From: Eledone cirrhosa
Lineage: Eukaryota
NCBI GenBank assembly: GCA_964016885.1
Contig: OZ024757.1
Coordinates: forward strand, 10,974,001-11,038,000
DNA length: 64,000 nucleotides
Direction: 5' to 3'
Shown here piece by piece: positions 32,501-47,500 of the stretch. The position numbers were made by a program, and so were the translations under genes. Below the pieces are notes generated by a model. That model ran no database searches. It saw only the letters and a program-made list of their open reading frames with translations, and was not told where the DNA came from. Within the stretch, counting starts at the first letter, position 1; each line of letters opens with the position of its first letter.

Positions 32501-35500
32501 TCCATGGAGATTTTAAAAGATGCAGTGTCTCGAGAGCTAACAACTGATGCAGGTAGTTTGTTCCATGGAGGTTTTAAAGGATGCAGTGTCTTGACAGCTA
32601 ACAACTGATGCAGGTAGTTTGTTCCAGGGAGGTTTAAAGGATGCAGTGTCTTGACAGCTAACAAATGATGCAGGTAGTTTGTTCCATGGAGATTTTAAAG
32701 GATGCAGTGTCCCAACAGCTAACAACTGATGCAGGGAGTTTGTTCCATGGAGGTTTTAAAGGATGCAGTGTCTTGACAGCTAACAAATGATGCAGGTAGT
32801 TTGTTCCATGGAGATTTTAAAGGATGCAGTGTCCCAACAGCTAACAACTGATGCAGGGAGTTTGTTCCATGGAGGTTTTAGAGGATGCAGTGTCCCGACA
32901 GCTAACAAATGATGCAGGGAGTTTGTTCCATGGAGGTTTTAAAGGATGCAGTGTTCCGACAGCTAACAACTGATGCAGGTAGTTTGTTCCATGGAGGTTT
33001 TAAAGGATGCAGTGTCTCAACAGCTAACAACTGATGCAGGTAGTTTGTTCCATGGAGGTTTTAAAGGATGCAGTGTCCCGACAGCTAACAACTGATGCAG
33101 GTAGTTTGTTGCATGGAGGTTTTAAATGATCCAGTGTCGCGACAGCTAAAAACTGATGCAGGTAGTTTGTTCCATGGATGTTTTAAAGGATCCAGTGTCT
33201 CGACAGCTAAAAACTGATGCAGGTTGTTTGTTCCATGGAGGTTTTAAAGGATGCAGTGTCCCGACAGCTAACAACTGATGCAGGTAGTTTGTTCCATGGA
33301 GGTTTTAAAAGATGCAGCATCTCAACAGCTAACTACTGCTGCAGGTAATTTGTTCCATGGAGGTTTTAAAGGATGCAGCATCCCGACAGCTAACAACTGA
33401 TGCAGGTAGTTTGTTCCATGGATGTTTTAAAGGATGCAGTGTCTCGACAGCTAACAACTGATGCAGGTAGTTTGTTCCATGGAGGTTTTAAAGGATGCAG
33501 TGTCCCGACAGCTAACAACTGATGCAGGTAGTTTGTTCCATGAAGGTTTTAAAGGATCCAGTGTCTCGACAGCTAAAAACTGATGCACGTAGTTTATTCC
33601 ATGGAGGTTTTAAAAGATGCAGCATCTCAACAGCTAACTACTGATGCAGGTAGTTTGTTCCATGGAGGTTTTAAGGGATACAGTGTCTCGACAGCTAACA
33701 ACTGATGCAGGTAATTTGTTCCATGGAGGTTTTAAAGGATGCAGCGTCCCGACAGCTAACAACTGATGCAGGTAGTTTGTTCCATGTAGGTTTTAAAGGA
33801 TGCAGTGTCTCGACAGCTAACAACTGATGCAGGGAGTTTGTTCCATGGAGGTTTTAAAGGATGCAGTGTCTTGACAGCTAACAAATGATGCAGGTAGTTT
33901 GTTCCATGGAGATTTTAAAGGATGCAGTGTCCCAACAGCTAACAACTGATGCAGGGAGTTTGTTCCATGGAGGTTTTAAAGGATGCAGTGTCCCGACAGC
34001 TAGCAACTGATGCAGGGAGTTTGTTCCATGGAGGTTTTAAAGGATGCAGTGTTCCGACAGCTAACAACTGATGCAGGTAGTTTGTTCCACGGAGGTTTTA
34101 AAGGATGCAGTGTCTCGACAGCTAACAACTGATGCAGGTAGTTTGTTCCATGGAGGTTTTAAAGGATGCAGTGTCCCGACAGCTAACAACTGATGCAGGT
34201 AGTTTGTTGCATGGAGGTTTTAAATGATCCAGTGTCGCGACAGCTAAAAACTGATGCAGGTAGTTTGTTCCATGGATGTTTTAAAGGATCCAGTGTCTCG
34301 ACAGCTAAAAACTGATGCAGGTTGTTTGTTCCATGGAGGTTTTAAAGGATGCAGTGTCCCGACAGCTAACAACTGATGCAGGTAGTTTGTTCCATGGAGG
34401 TTTTAAAAGATGCAGCATCTCAACAGCTAACTACTGCTGCAGGTAATTTGTTCCATGGAGGTTTTAAAGGATGCAGCATCCCGACAGCTAACAACTGATG
34501 CAGGTAGTTTGTTCCATGGATGTTTTAAAGGATGCAGTGTCTCGACAGCTAACAACTGATGCAGGTAGTTTGTTCCATGGAGGTTTTAAAGGATGCAGTG
34601 TCCCGACAGCTAACAACTGATGCAGGTAGTTTGTTCCATGGAGGTTTTAAAGGATCCAGTGTCTCGACAGCTAAAAACTGATTCACGTAGTTTGTTCCAT
34701 GGAGGTTTTAAAAGATGCAGCATCTCAACAGCTAACTACTGATGCAGGTAGTTTGTTCCATGGAGGTTTTAAGGGATACAGTGTCTCGACAGCTAACAAC
34801 TGATGCAGGTAATTTGTTCCATGGAGGTTTTAAAGGATGCAGCGTCCCGACAGCTAACAACTGATGCAGGTAGTTTGTTCCATGTAGGTTTTAAAGGATG
34901 CAGTGTCTCGACAGCTAACAACTGATGCAGGTAGTTTGTTCCATGTAGGTTTTAAAGGATGCAGTGTCTCGACAGCTAACAACTGATGCAGGTAGTTTGT
35001 TCCATGGAGGTTTTAAAGGATGCAGTGTCTCGACAGCTAACAACTGATGCAGGTAGTTTGTTCCATGGAGATTTTAAAGGATGCAGTGTCTCGAGAGCTA
35101 ACAACTGATGCAGGTAGTTTGTTCCATGGAGATTTTAAAGGATGCAGTGTCCCAACAGCTAACAACTGATGCAGGGAGTTTGTTCCATGGAGGTTTTAAA
35201 GGATGCAGTGTCTTGACAGCTAACAAATGATGCAGGTAGTTTGTTCCATGGAGATTTTAAAGGATGCAGTGTCCCAACAGCTAACAACTGATGCAGGGAG
35301 TTTGTTCCATGGAGGTTTTAAAGGATGCAGTGTCCCGACAGCTAACAACTGATGCAGGGAGTTTGTTCCATGGAGGTTTTAAAGGATGCAGTGTTCCGAC
35401 AGCTAACAACTGATGCAGGTAGTTTGTTCCATGGAGGTTTTAAAGGATGCAGTGTCTCGACAGCTAACAACTGATGCAGGTTGTTTGTTCCATGGAGGTT

Positions 35501-38500
35501 TTAAAGGATGCAGTGTCCCGACAGCTAACAACTGATGCAGGTAGTTTGTTCCATGGAGGTTTTAAAGGATCCAGTGTCTCGACAGCTAAAAACTGATGCA
35601 GGTAGTTTGTTCCATGGAGGTTTCAAAAGATGCAGCATCTCAACAGCTAACTACTGATGCAGGTAATTTGTTCCATGGAGGTTTTAAAGGATGCAGCATC
35701 CCGACAGCTAACAACTGATGCAGGTAGTTTGTTCCATGGATGTTTTAAAGGATGCAGTGTCTCGACAGCTAACAACTGATGCAGGTAGTTTGTTCCATGG
35801 AGGTTTTAAAGGATGCAGTGTCCCGACAGCTAACAACTGATGCAGGTAGTTTGTTCCATGGAGGTTTTAAAGGATCCAGTGTCTCGACAGCTAAAAACTG
35901 ATGCACGTAGTTTGTTCCATGGAGGTTTTAAAAGATGCAGCATCTCAACAGCTAACTACTGATGCAGGTAATTTGTTCCATGGAGGTTTTAAAGGATGCA
36001 GCGTCCCGACAGCTAACAACTGCTGCAGGTAGTTTGTTCCATGGATGTTTTAAAGGATGCAGTGTCTCGACAGCTAACAACTGATGCAGGTAGTTTGTTC
36101 CATGGAGGTTTTAAAGGATGCAGTGTCCCGACAGCTAACAACTGATGCAGGGAGTTTGTTCCATGGAGGTTTTAAAGGATGCAGTGTCTCGACAGCTAAA
36201 AACTGATGCAGGTAGTTTGTTCCATGGAGGTTTTAAAAGATGCAGCATCTCAACAGCTAACTACTGATGCAGGTAGTTTGTTCCATGGAGGTTTTAAGGG
36301 ATCCAGTGTCTCGACAGCTAAAAACTGATGCAGGTAGTTTGTTCCATGGAGGTTTTAAAAGATGCAGCATCTCAACAGCTAACTACTGATGCAGGTAGTT
36401 TGTTCCATGGATGTTTTAAAGGATGCAGTGTCTTGACAGCTAACAAATGATGCAGGTGGTTTGTTCCATGGAGATTTTAAAGGATGCAGTGTCCCAACAG
36501 CTAACAACTGATGCAGGGAGTTTGTTCCATGGAGGTTTTAAAGGATGCAGTGTCCCGACAGCTAACAACTGATGCAGGTAGTTTGTTCCATGGAGGTTTT
36601 AAAGGATGCAGTGTCTCGACAGCTAACAACTGATGCAGGTAGTTTTTTCCATGGAGATTTTAAAGGATGCAGTGTCTCGAGAGCTAACAACTGATGCAGG
36701 TAGTTTGTTCCATGGAGGTTTTAAAGGATGCAGCATCTCAACAGCTAACTACTGATGCAGGTAATTTGTTCCATGGAGGTTTTAAAGGATGCAGCGTCCC
36801 GACAGCTAACAACTGATGCAGGTAGTTTGTTCCATGGAGGTTTTAAAGGATGCAGTGTCTCGACAGCTAACAACTGAAGCAGGTAGTTTGTTCCATGGAG
36901 GTTTTAAAGGATGCAGTGTCTCGACAGCTAACAACTGATGCAGGTAGGCTTGTTCTGTTCCATGGAGGTTTTAAAGGATGCAGTGTCTCGACAGCTAACA
37001 ACTGAATCAGGTAGTTTGTTCCATGGAGGTTTTAAGGGATACAGTGCCTCGACAGCTAACAACTGATGCAGGTAATTTGTTCCATGGAGGTTTTAAAGGA
37101 TGCAGCGTCCCAACAGCTAACCACTGATGCAGGTAGTTTGTTCCATGTAGGTTTTAAATGATGCAGTGTCTCGAGAGCTAACAACTGATGCAGGTAGTTT
37201 GTTCCATGGAGGTTTTAAAGGATGCAGTGTCCCAACAGCTAACAACTGATGCAGGGAGTTTGTTCCATGGAGGTTTTAAAGGATGCAGTGTCCCGACAGC
37301 TAACAACTGATGCAGGTAGTTTGTTCCATGGAGGTTTTAAAGGATGCAGTGTCTCGACAGCTAACAACTGATGCAGGTAGTTTTTTCCATGGAGATTTTA
37401 AAGGATGCAGTGTCTCGAGAGCTAACAACTGATGCAGGTAGTTTGTTCCATGGAGGTTTTAAAGGATGCAGCATCTCAACAGCTAACTAGTGATGCAGCT
37501 AATTTGTTCCATGGAGGTTTTAAAGGATGCAGCGTCCCGACAGCTAACAACTGATGCAGGTAGTTTGTTCCATGGAGGTTTTAAAGGATGCAGTGTCCCA
37601 ACAGCTAACAACTGAAGCAGGTAGTTTGTTCCATGGAGGTTTTAAAGGATGCAGTGTCTCGACAGCTAACAACTGATGCAGGTAGGCTTGTTCTGTTCCA
37701 TGGAGGTTTTAAAGGATGCAGTGTCTCGACAGCTAACAACTGAATCAGGTAGTTTGTTCCATGGAGGTTTTAAGGGATACAGTGCCACGACAGCTAACAA
37801 CTGATGAAGGTAATTTGTTCCATGGAGGTTTTAAAGGATGCAGCGTCCCGACAGCTAACAACTGATGCAGGTAGTTTGTTCCATGTAGGTTTTAAATGAT
37901 GCAGTGTCTCGAGAGCTAACAACTGATGCAGGTAGTTTGTTCCATGGAGGTTTTAAAGGATGCAGTGTCTCGACAGCTAACAACTGATGCAGGTAGTTTT
38001 TTCCATGGAGATTTTAAAGGATGCAGTGTCTTGACAGCTAACAAATGATGCAGGTAGTTTGTTCCATGGAGATTTTAAAGGATGCAGTGTCCCAACAGCT
38101 AACAACTGATGTAGGTAGTTTGTTCCATGGAGGTTTTAAGGGATCCAGTGTCTCGACAGATAAAAACTGATGCAGGTAATTTGTTCCATGGAGGTTTTAA
38201 AAGATGCAGCATCTCAACAGCTAACTACTGATGCAGGTAGTTTGTTCCATGGATGTTTTAAAGGATGCAGTGTCTTGACAGCTAACAAATGATGTTGGTG
38301 GTTTGTTCCATGGAGGTTTTAAAGGATGCAGTGTCCCGACAGCTAACAACTGATGCAGGTAGTTTGTTCCATGGAGGTTTTAAAGGATGCAGTGTCTCGA
38401 CAGCTAACAACTGATGCAGGTAGTTTTTTCCATGGAGATTTTAAAGGATGCAGTGTCTCGAGAGCTAACAACTGATGCAGGTAGTTTGTTCCATGGAGGT

Positions 38501-41500
38501 TTTAAAGGATGCAGCATCTAAACAGCTAACTACTGATGCAGCTAATTTGTTCCATGGAGGTTTTAAAGGATGCAGCGTCCCGACAGCTAACAACTGATGC
38601 AGGTAGTTTGTTCCATGGAGGTTTTAAAGGATGCAGTGTCTCGACAGCTAACAACTGAAGCATGTAGTTTGTTCCATGGAGATTTTAAAGGATGCAGTGT
38701 CTCGACAGCTAACAACTGATGCAGCTAGGCTTGTTCTGTTCCATGGAGGTTTTAAAGGATGCAGTGTCTCGACAGCTAACAACTAAATCAGGTAGTTTGT
38801 TCCATGGAGGTTTTAAGGGATACAGTGCCTCGACAGCTTACAACTGATGCAGGTAATTTGTTCCATGGAGGTTTTAAAGGATGCAGCGTCCCGACAGCTA
38901 ACAACTGATGCAGGTAGTTTGTTCCCTGTAGGTTTTAAATGATGCAGTGTCTCGAGAGCTAACAACTGATGCAGGTAGTTTGTTCCATGGAGGTTTTAAA
39001 GGATGCAGTGTCCCGACAGCTAACAACTGATGCAGGTAGTTTGTTCCATGGAGGTTTTAAAGGATGCAGTGTCTCGACAGCTAACAACTGATGCAGGTAG
39101 TTTGTTGCATGGAGGTTTTAAAGGATCCAGTGTCTCGACAGCGAAAAACTGATGCAGGTAGTTTGTTCCATGGATGTTTTAAAGGATGCAGTGTCCCGAC
39201 AGCTATCAACTGATGCAGGTAGTTTGTTCCATGGAGGTTTTAAGGGATCCAGTGTCTCGACAGCTAAAAACTGATGCAGGTAGTTTGTTCCATGGAGGTT
39301 TTAAAAGATGCAGCATCTCAACAGCTAACTACTGATGCAGGTAGTTTGTTCCATGGAGGTTTTAAGGGATACAGTGTCTCGACAGCTAACAACTGATGCA
39401 GGTAATTTGTTCCATGGAGGTTTTAAAGGATGCAGCGTCCCGACAGCTAACAACTGATGCAGGTAGTTTGTTCCATGTAGGTTTTAAAGGATGCAGTGTC
39501 TCGAGAGCTAACAACTGATGCAGGTAGTTTGTTCCATGGAGGTTTTAAAGGATGCAGTGTCTCGACAGCTAACAACTGATGCAGGTAGGCTTGTTCTGTT
39601 CCATGGAGGTTTTAAAGGATGCAGTGTCTCGAGAGCTAACAACTGATGCAGGTAGTTTGTTCCATGGAGGTTTTAAAGGATGCAGTGTCTCGACAGCTAA
39701 CAACTGATGCAGGTAGTTTGTTCCATGGAGGTTTTAAAGGATGCAGTGTCTCGAGAGCTAACAACTGATGCAGGTAGTTTGTTCCATAGAGGTTTTAAAG
39801 GATGCAGTGTCTTGACAGCTAACAACTGATGCAGGTAGTTTGTTCCATGGAGATTTTAAAGGATGCAGTGTCCCAACAGCTAACAACTGATGCAGGGAGT
39901 TTGTTCCATGGAGGTTTTAAAGGATGCAGTGTCCCGACAGCTAACAACTGATGCAGGTAGGTTGTTCCATGGAGGTTTTAAGGGATCCAGTGTCTCGACA
40001 GCTAACAACTGATGCAGGTAGGCTTGTTCTGTTCCATGGAGGTTTTAAAGGATGCAGTGTCTCGACAGCTAACAACTGAATCAGGTAGTTTGTTCCATGG
40101 AGGTTTTAAGGGATACAGTGCCTCGACAGCTAACAACTGATGCAGGTAATTTGTTCCATGGAGGTTTTAAAGGATGCAGCGTCCCGACAGCTAACAACTG
40201 ATGCAGGTAGTTTGTTCCATGTAGGTTTTAAATGATGCAGTGTCTCGAGAGCTACCAACTGATGCAGGTAGTTTGTTCCATGGAGGTTTTAAAGGATGCA
40301 GTGTCTCGACAGCTAACAACTGATGCAGGTAGTTTTTTCCATGGAGATTTTAAAGGATGCAGTGTCTCGAGAGCTAACAACTGATGCAGGTAGTTTGTTC
40401 CATGGAGGTTTTAAAGGATGCAGTGTCTTGACAGCTAACAACTGATGCAGGTAGTTTGTTCCATGGATGTTTTAAAGGATGCATTGTCTCGACAACTAAC
40501 AACTGATGCAGGTAGTTTGTTCCATGGAGGTTTTAAAGGATGCAGTGTCCCGACAGCTAACAAGTGATGCAGGGAGTTTGTTCCATGGAGGTTTTAAAGG
40601 ATGCAGTGTCCCGACAGCTAACAACTGATGCAGGTAGTTTGTTCCATGGAGGTTTTAAAGGATGCAGTGTCTCGAGAGCTAACAACTGATGCAGGTAGTT
40701 TGTTCCATGGAGGTTTTAAAGGATGCAGTGTCTTGACAGCTAACAAATGATGCAGGTAGTTTGTTCCATGGAGATTTTAAAGGATGCAGTGTCCCAACAG
40801 CTAACAACTGATGCAGGTAGTTTGTTCCATGGAGGTTTTAAAGGATGCAGTGTCCCGACAGCTAACAACTGATGCAGGTAGTTTGTTCCATGGAGGTTTT
40901 AAAGGATGCAGTGTCTCGACAGCTAACAACTGATGCAGGTAGTTTGTTCCATGGAGGTTTTAAAGGATGCAGTGTCCCGACAGCTAACAACTGATGCAGG
41001 TAGTTTGTTGCATGGAGGTTTTAAAGGATCCAGTGTCTCGACAGCGAAAAATTGATGCAGGCAGTTTGTTCCATGGATGTTTTAAAGGATGCAGTGTCCC
41101 GACAGCTAACAACTGATGCAGGTAGTTTGTTCCATGGAGGTTTTAAGGGATCCAGTGTCTCGACAGCTAAAAACTGATGCAGGTAGTTTGTTCCATGGAG
41201 TTTTTAAAAGATGTAGCATCTCAACAGCTAACTACTGATGCAGGTAGTTTGTTCCATGGAGGTTTTAAGGGATACAGTGTCTCGACAGCTAACAACTGAT
41301 GCAGGTAATTTGTTCCATGGAGGTTTTAAAGGATGCAGCGTCCCGACAGCTAACAACTGATGCAGGTAGTTTGTTCCATGTAGGTTTTAAAGGAGGCAGT
41401 GTCTCGAGAGCTAACAACTGATGCAGGTAGTTTGTTCCATGGAGGTTTTAAAGGATGCAGTGTCTCGACAGCTAACAACTGATGCAGGTAGTTTGTTCCA

Positions 41501-44500
41501 TGTAGGTTTTAAAGGATGCAGTGTCTCGAGAGCTAACAACTGATGCAGGTAGTTTGTTCCATGGAGGTTTTAAAGGATGCAGTGTCTCGACAGCTAACAA
41601 CTGATGCAGGTAGTTTGTTCCATGGAGATTTTAAAGGATGCAGTGTCTCGAGAGCTAACAACTGATGCAGGTAGTTTGTTCCATAGAGGTTTTAAAGGAT
41701 GCAGTGTCTTGACAGCTAACAACTGATGCAGGTAGTTTGTTCCATGGAGGTTTTAAAGGATGCAGTGTCTTGACAGCTAACAAATGATGCAGGTAGTTTG
41801 TTCCATGGAGATTTTAAAGGAAGCAGTGTCCCAACAGCTAACAACTGATGCAGGGAGTTTGTTCCATGGAGGTTTTAAAGGATGCAGTGTCCCGACAGCT
41901 AACAGCTGATGCAGGTAGTTTGTTCCATGGAGGTTTTAAAGGATGCAGTGTCTCGAGAGCTAACAACTGATGCAGGTTGTTTGTTCCATGGAGGTTTTAA
42001 AGGATGCAGTGTCCCGACAGCTAACAACTGATGCAGGTAGTTTGTTCCATGGAGGTTTTAAAGGATGCAGTGTTCCGACAGCTAACAGCTGATGCAGGTA
42101 GTTTGTTCCATGGAGGTTTTAAAGGATGCAGTGTCTCGACAGCTAACAACTGATGCAGGTTGTTTGTTCCATGGAGGTTTTAAAGGATGCAGTGTCCCGA
42201 CAGCTAACAACTGATGCAGGTAGTTTGTTCCATGGAGGTTTTAAGGGATCCAGTGTCTCGACAGCTAAAAACTGATGCAGGTAGTTTGTTCCATGGAGGT
42301 TTTAAAAGATTCAGCATCTCAACAGCTAACTACTGATGCAGGTAGTTTGTTCCATGGATGTTTTAAAGGATGCAGTTTCTTGACAGCTAACAAATGATGC
42401 TGGTGGTTTGTTCCATGGAGATTTTAAAGGAGGCAGTGTCCCAACAGCTAACAACTGATGCAGGGAGTTTGTTCCATGGAGGTTTTAAAGGATGCAGTGT
42501 CCCGACAGCTAACAACTGATGCAGGTAGTTTGTTCCATGGAGGTTTTAAAGGATGCAGTGTCTCGACAGCTAACAACTGATGCAGGTAGTTTGTTCCATG
42601 GAGGTTTTAAAGGATGCAGTGTCCCGACAGCTAACAACTGATGCAGGGAGTTTGTTCCATGGAGGTTTTAAAGGATGCAGTGTCCCGACAGCTAACAACT
42701 GATGCAGGTAGTTTGTTCCATGGAGGTTTTAAGGGATCCAGTGTCTCGACAGCTAAAAACTGATGCAGGTAGTTTGTTCCATGGAGGTTTTAAAGGATGC
42801 AGTGTCTCGAGAGCTAACAACTGATGCAGGTAGTTTGTTCCATGGAGGTTTTCAAGGATGCAGTGTCTTGACAGCTAACAACTGATGCAGGTAGTTTGTT
42901 CCATGGAGGTTTTAAAGGATGCAGTGTCTTGACAGCTAACAAATGATGCAGGTAGTTTGTTCCATGGAGATTTTAAAGGATGCAGTGTCCCAACAGCTAA
43001 CAACTGATGCAGGTAGTTTGTTCCATGGAGGTTTTAAAGGATGCAGTGTCCCGACAGCTAACAACTGATGCAGGTAGTTTGTTCCATGGAGGTTTTAAAG
43101 GATGCAGTGTCTCAACAGCTAACAACTGATGCAGGTAGTTTGTTCCATGGAGGTTTTAAAGGATGCAGTGTCCCGACAGCTAACAACTGATGCAGGTAGT
43201 TTGTTGCATGGAGGTTTTAAAGGATCCAGTGTCTCGACAGCGAAAAACTGATGCAGGTAGTTTGTTCCATGGATGTTTTAAAGGATGCAGTGTCCCGACA
43301 GCTAACAACTGATGCAGGTAGTTTGTTCCATGGAGGTTTTAAGGGATCCAGTGTCTCGACAGCTAAAAACTGATGCAGGTAGTTTGTTCCATGGAGGTTT
43401 TAAAAGATGCAGCATCTCAACAGCTAACTACTGATGCAGGTAGTTTGTTCCATGGAGGTTTTAAGGGATACAGTGTCTCGACAGCTAACAACTGATGCAG
43501 GTAATTTGTTCCATGGAGGTTTTAAAGGATGCAGCGTCCCGACAGCTAACAACTGATGCAGGTAGTTTGTTCCATGGAGGTTTTAAAGGAGGCAGTGTCT
43601 CGAGAGCTAACAACTGATGCAGGTAGTTTGTTCCATGGAGGTTTTAAAGGATGCAGTGTCTCGACAGCTAACAACTGATGCAGGTAGTTTGTTCCATGTA
43701 GGTTTTAAAGGATGCAGTGTCTCGAGAGCTAACAACTGATGCAGGTAGTTTGTTCCATGGAGGTTTTAAAGGATGCAGTGTCTCGACAGCTAACAACTGA
43801 TGCAGGTAGTTTGTTCCATGGAGATTTTAAAGGATGCAGTGTCTCGAGAGCTAACAACTGATGCAGGTAGTTTGTTCCATAGAGGTTTTAAAGGATGCAG
43901 TGTCTTGACAGCTAACAACTGATGCAGGTAGTTTGTTCCATGGAGGTTTTAAAGGATGCAGTGTCTTGACAGCTAACAAATGATGCAGGTAGTTTGTTCC
44001 ATGGAGATTTTAAAGGATGCAGTGTCCCAACAGCTAACAACTGATGCAGGGAGTTTGTTCCATGGAGGTTTTAAAGGATGCAGTGTCCCGACAGCTAACA
44101 GCTGATGCAGGTAGTTTGTTCCATGGAGGTTTTAAAGGATGCAGTGTTCCGACAGCTAACAGCTGATGCAGGTAGTTTGTTCCATGGAGGTTTTAAAGGA
44201 TGCAGTGTCTCGACAGCTAACAACTGATGCAGGTTGTTTGTTCCATGGAGGTTTTAAAGGATGCAGTGTCCCGACAGCTAACAACTGATGCAGGTAGTTT
44301 GTTCCATGGAGGTTTTAAAGGATCCAGTGTCTCGACAGCTAAAAACTGATGCAGGTAGTTTGTTCCATGGAGGTTTTAAAAGATGCAGCATCTCAACAGC
44401 TAACTACTGATGCAGGTAATTTGTTCCATGGAGGTTTTAAAGGATGCAGTGTCTCGATAGCTAACAACTGATGCAGGTAGTTTGTTCCATGGATGTTTTA

Positions 44501-47500
44501 AAGGATGCAGTGTCCCGACAGCTAACAACTGATGCAGGTAGTTTGTTCCATGGAGGTTTTAAGGGATCCAGTGTCTCGACAGATAAAAACTGATGCAGGT
44601 AATTTGTTCCATGGAGGTTTTAAAAGATGCAGCATCTCAACAGCTAACTACTGATGCAGGTAGTTTGTTCCATGGATGTTTTAAAGGATGCAGTGTCTTG
44701 ACAGCTAACAAATGATGTTGGTGGTTTGTTCCATGGAGGTTTTAAAGGATGCAGTATCCCGACAGCTAACAACTGATGCAGGTAGTTTGTTCCATGGAGG
44801 TTTTAAAGGATGCAGTGTCTCGACAGCTAACAACTGATGCAGGTAGTTTTTTCCATGGAGATTTTAAAGGATGCAGTGTCACGAGAGCTAACAACTGATG
44901 CAGGTAGTTTGTTCCATGGAGGTTTTAAAGGATGCAGCATCTCAACAGCTAACTACTGATGCAGCTAATTTGTTCCATGGAGGTTTTAAAGGATGCAGCG
45001 TCCCGACAGCTAACAACTGATGCAGGTAGTTTGTTCCATGGAGGTTTTAAAGGATGCAGTGTCTCGACAGCTAACAACTGAAGCATGTAGTTTGTTCCAT
45101 GGAGGTTTTAAAGGATGCAGTGTCTCGACAGCTAACAACTGATGCAGGTAGGCTTGTTCTGTTCCATGGAGGTTTTAAAGGATGCAGTGTCTCGACAGCT
45201 AACAACTAAATCAGGTAGTTTGTTCCATGGAGGTTTTAAGGGATACAGTGCCTCGACAGCTTACAACTGATGCAGGTAATTTGTTCCATGGAGGTTTTAA
45301 AGGATGCAGCGTCCCGACAGCTAACAACTGATGCAGGTAGTTTGTTCCCTGTAGGTTTTAAATGATGCAGTGTCTCGAGAGCTAACAACTGATGCAGGTA
45401 GTTTGTTCCATGGAGGTTTTAAAGGATGCAGTGTCCCGACAGCTAACAACTGATGCAGGTAGTTTGTTCCATGGAGGTTTTAAAGGATGCAGTGTCTCGA
45501 CAGCTAACAACTGATGCAGGTAGTTTGTTGCATGGAGGTTTTAAAGGATCCAGTGTCTCGACAGCGAAAAACTGATGCAGGTAGTTTGTTCCATGGATGT
45601 TTTAAAGGATGCAGTGTCCCGACAGCTATCAACTGATGCAGGTAGTTTGTTCCATGGAGGTTTTAAGGGATCCAGTGTCTCGACAGCTAAAAACTGATGC
45701 AGGTAGTTTGTTCCATGGAGGTTTTAAAAGATGCAGCATCTCAACAGCTAACTACTGATGCATGTAGTTTGTTCCATGGAGGTTTTAAGGGATACAGTGT
45801 CTCGACAGCTAACAACTGATGCAGATAATTTGTTCCATGGAGGTTTTAAAGGATGCAGCGTCCCGACAGCTAACAACTGATGCAGGTAGTTTGTTCCATG
45901 TAGGTTTTAAAGGATGCAGTGTCTCGAGAGCTAACAACTGATGCAGGTAGTTTGTTCCATGGAGGTTTTAAAGGATGCAGTGTCTCGACAGCTAACAACT
46001 GATGCAGGTAGGCTTGTTCTGTTCCATGGAGGTTTTAAAGGATGCAGTGTCTCGAGAGCTAACAACTGATGCAGGTAGTTTGTTCCATGGAGGTTTTAAA
46101 GGATGCAGTGTCTCGACAGCTAACAACTGATGCAGGTAGTTTGTTCCATGGAGATTTTAAAGGATGCAGTGTCTCGAGAGCTAACAACTGATGCAGGTAG
46201 TTTCTTCCATAGAAGTTTTAAAGGATGCAGTGTCTTGACAGCTAACAACTGATGCAGGTAGTTTGTTCCATGGAGGTTTTAAAGGATGCAGTGTCTTGAC
46301 AGCTAACAAATGATGCAGGTAGTTTGTTCCATGGAGATTTTAAAGGATGCAGTGTCCCAACAGCTAACAACTAATGCAGGGAGTTTCTTCCATGGAGGTT
46401 TTAAAGGATGCAGTGTCCCGACAGCTAACAACTGATGCAGGTAGTTTGTTCCATGGAGGTTTTAAAGGATGCAGTGTCTCGACAGCTAACAACTGATGCA
46501 GGTAGTTTGTTCCATGGTGGTTTTAAAGGATGCAGTGTCCCGACAGCTAACAACTAATGCAGGTAGTTTGTTCCATGGAGGTTTTAAAGGATCCAGTGTC
46601 TCGACAGCTAAAAACTGATGCAGGTAGTTTGTTCCATGGAGGTTTTAAAAGATGCAGCATCTCAACAGCTAACTACTGATGCAGGTAATTTGTTCCATGG
46701 AGGTTTTAAAGGAAGCAGCGTCCCGACAGCTAACAACTGATGCAGGTAGTTTGTTCCATGGATGTTTTAAAGGATGCAGTGTCTCGACAGCTAACAACTG
46801 AAGCAGGTAGTGTGTTGCATGGAGATTTTAAAGGATGCAGTGTCTTGACAGCTAACAAATGATGCAGGTAGTTTGTTCCATGGAGGTTTTAAAGGATGCA
46901 GCGTCCCGACAGCTAACAACTGAAGCAGGTAGTTTGTTCCATGGAGGTTTTAAAGGATGCAGTGTCTCGACAGCTAACAACTGATGCAGGTAGTTTGTTC
47001 CGTGGAGGTTTTAAAGGATGCAGTGTCTTGACAGCTAACAAATGATGCAGGTAGTTTGTTCCATGGAGATTTTAAAGGATGCAGTGTCTCGAGAGCTAAC
47101 AACTGATGCAGGTAGTTTGTTCCATGGAGGTTTTAAAGGATGCAGTGTCTCGACAGCTAACAACTGATGCAGGTAGTTTGTTCCATGGAGGTTTTAAGGG
47201 ATCCAGTGTCTCGACAGCTAAAAACTGATGCAGGTAGTTTGTTCCATGGAGCTTTTAAAAGATGCAGCATCTCAACAGCTAACTACTGATGCAGGTAATT
47301 TGTTCCATGGAGGTTTTAAAGGATGCAGCGTCCCGACAGCTAACAACTGATGCAGGTAGTTTGTTCCATGTAGGTTTTTAAGGATGCAGTGTCTCGAGAG
47401 CTAACAACTGATGCAGGTAGTTTGTTCCATGGAGGTTTTAAAGGATGCAGTGTCTCGATAGCTAACAACTGATGCAGGTAGTTTGTTCCATGGAGGTTTT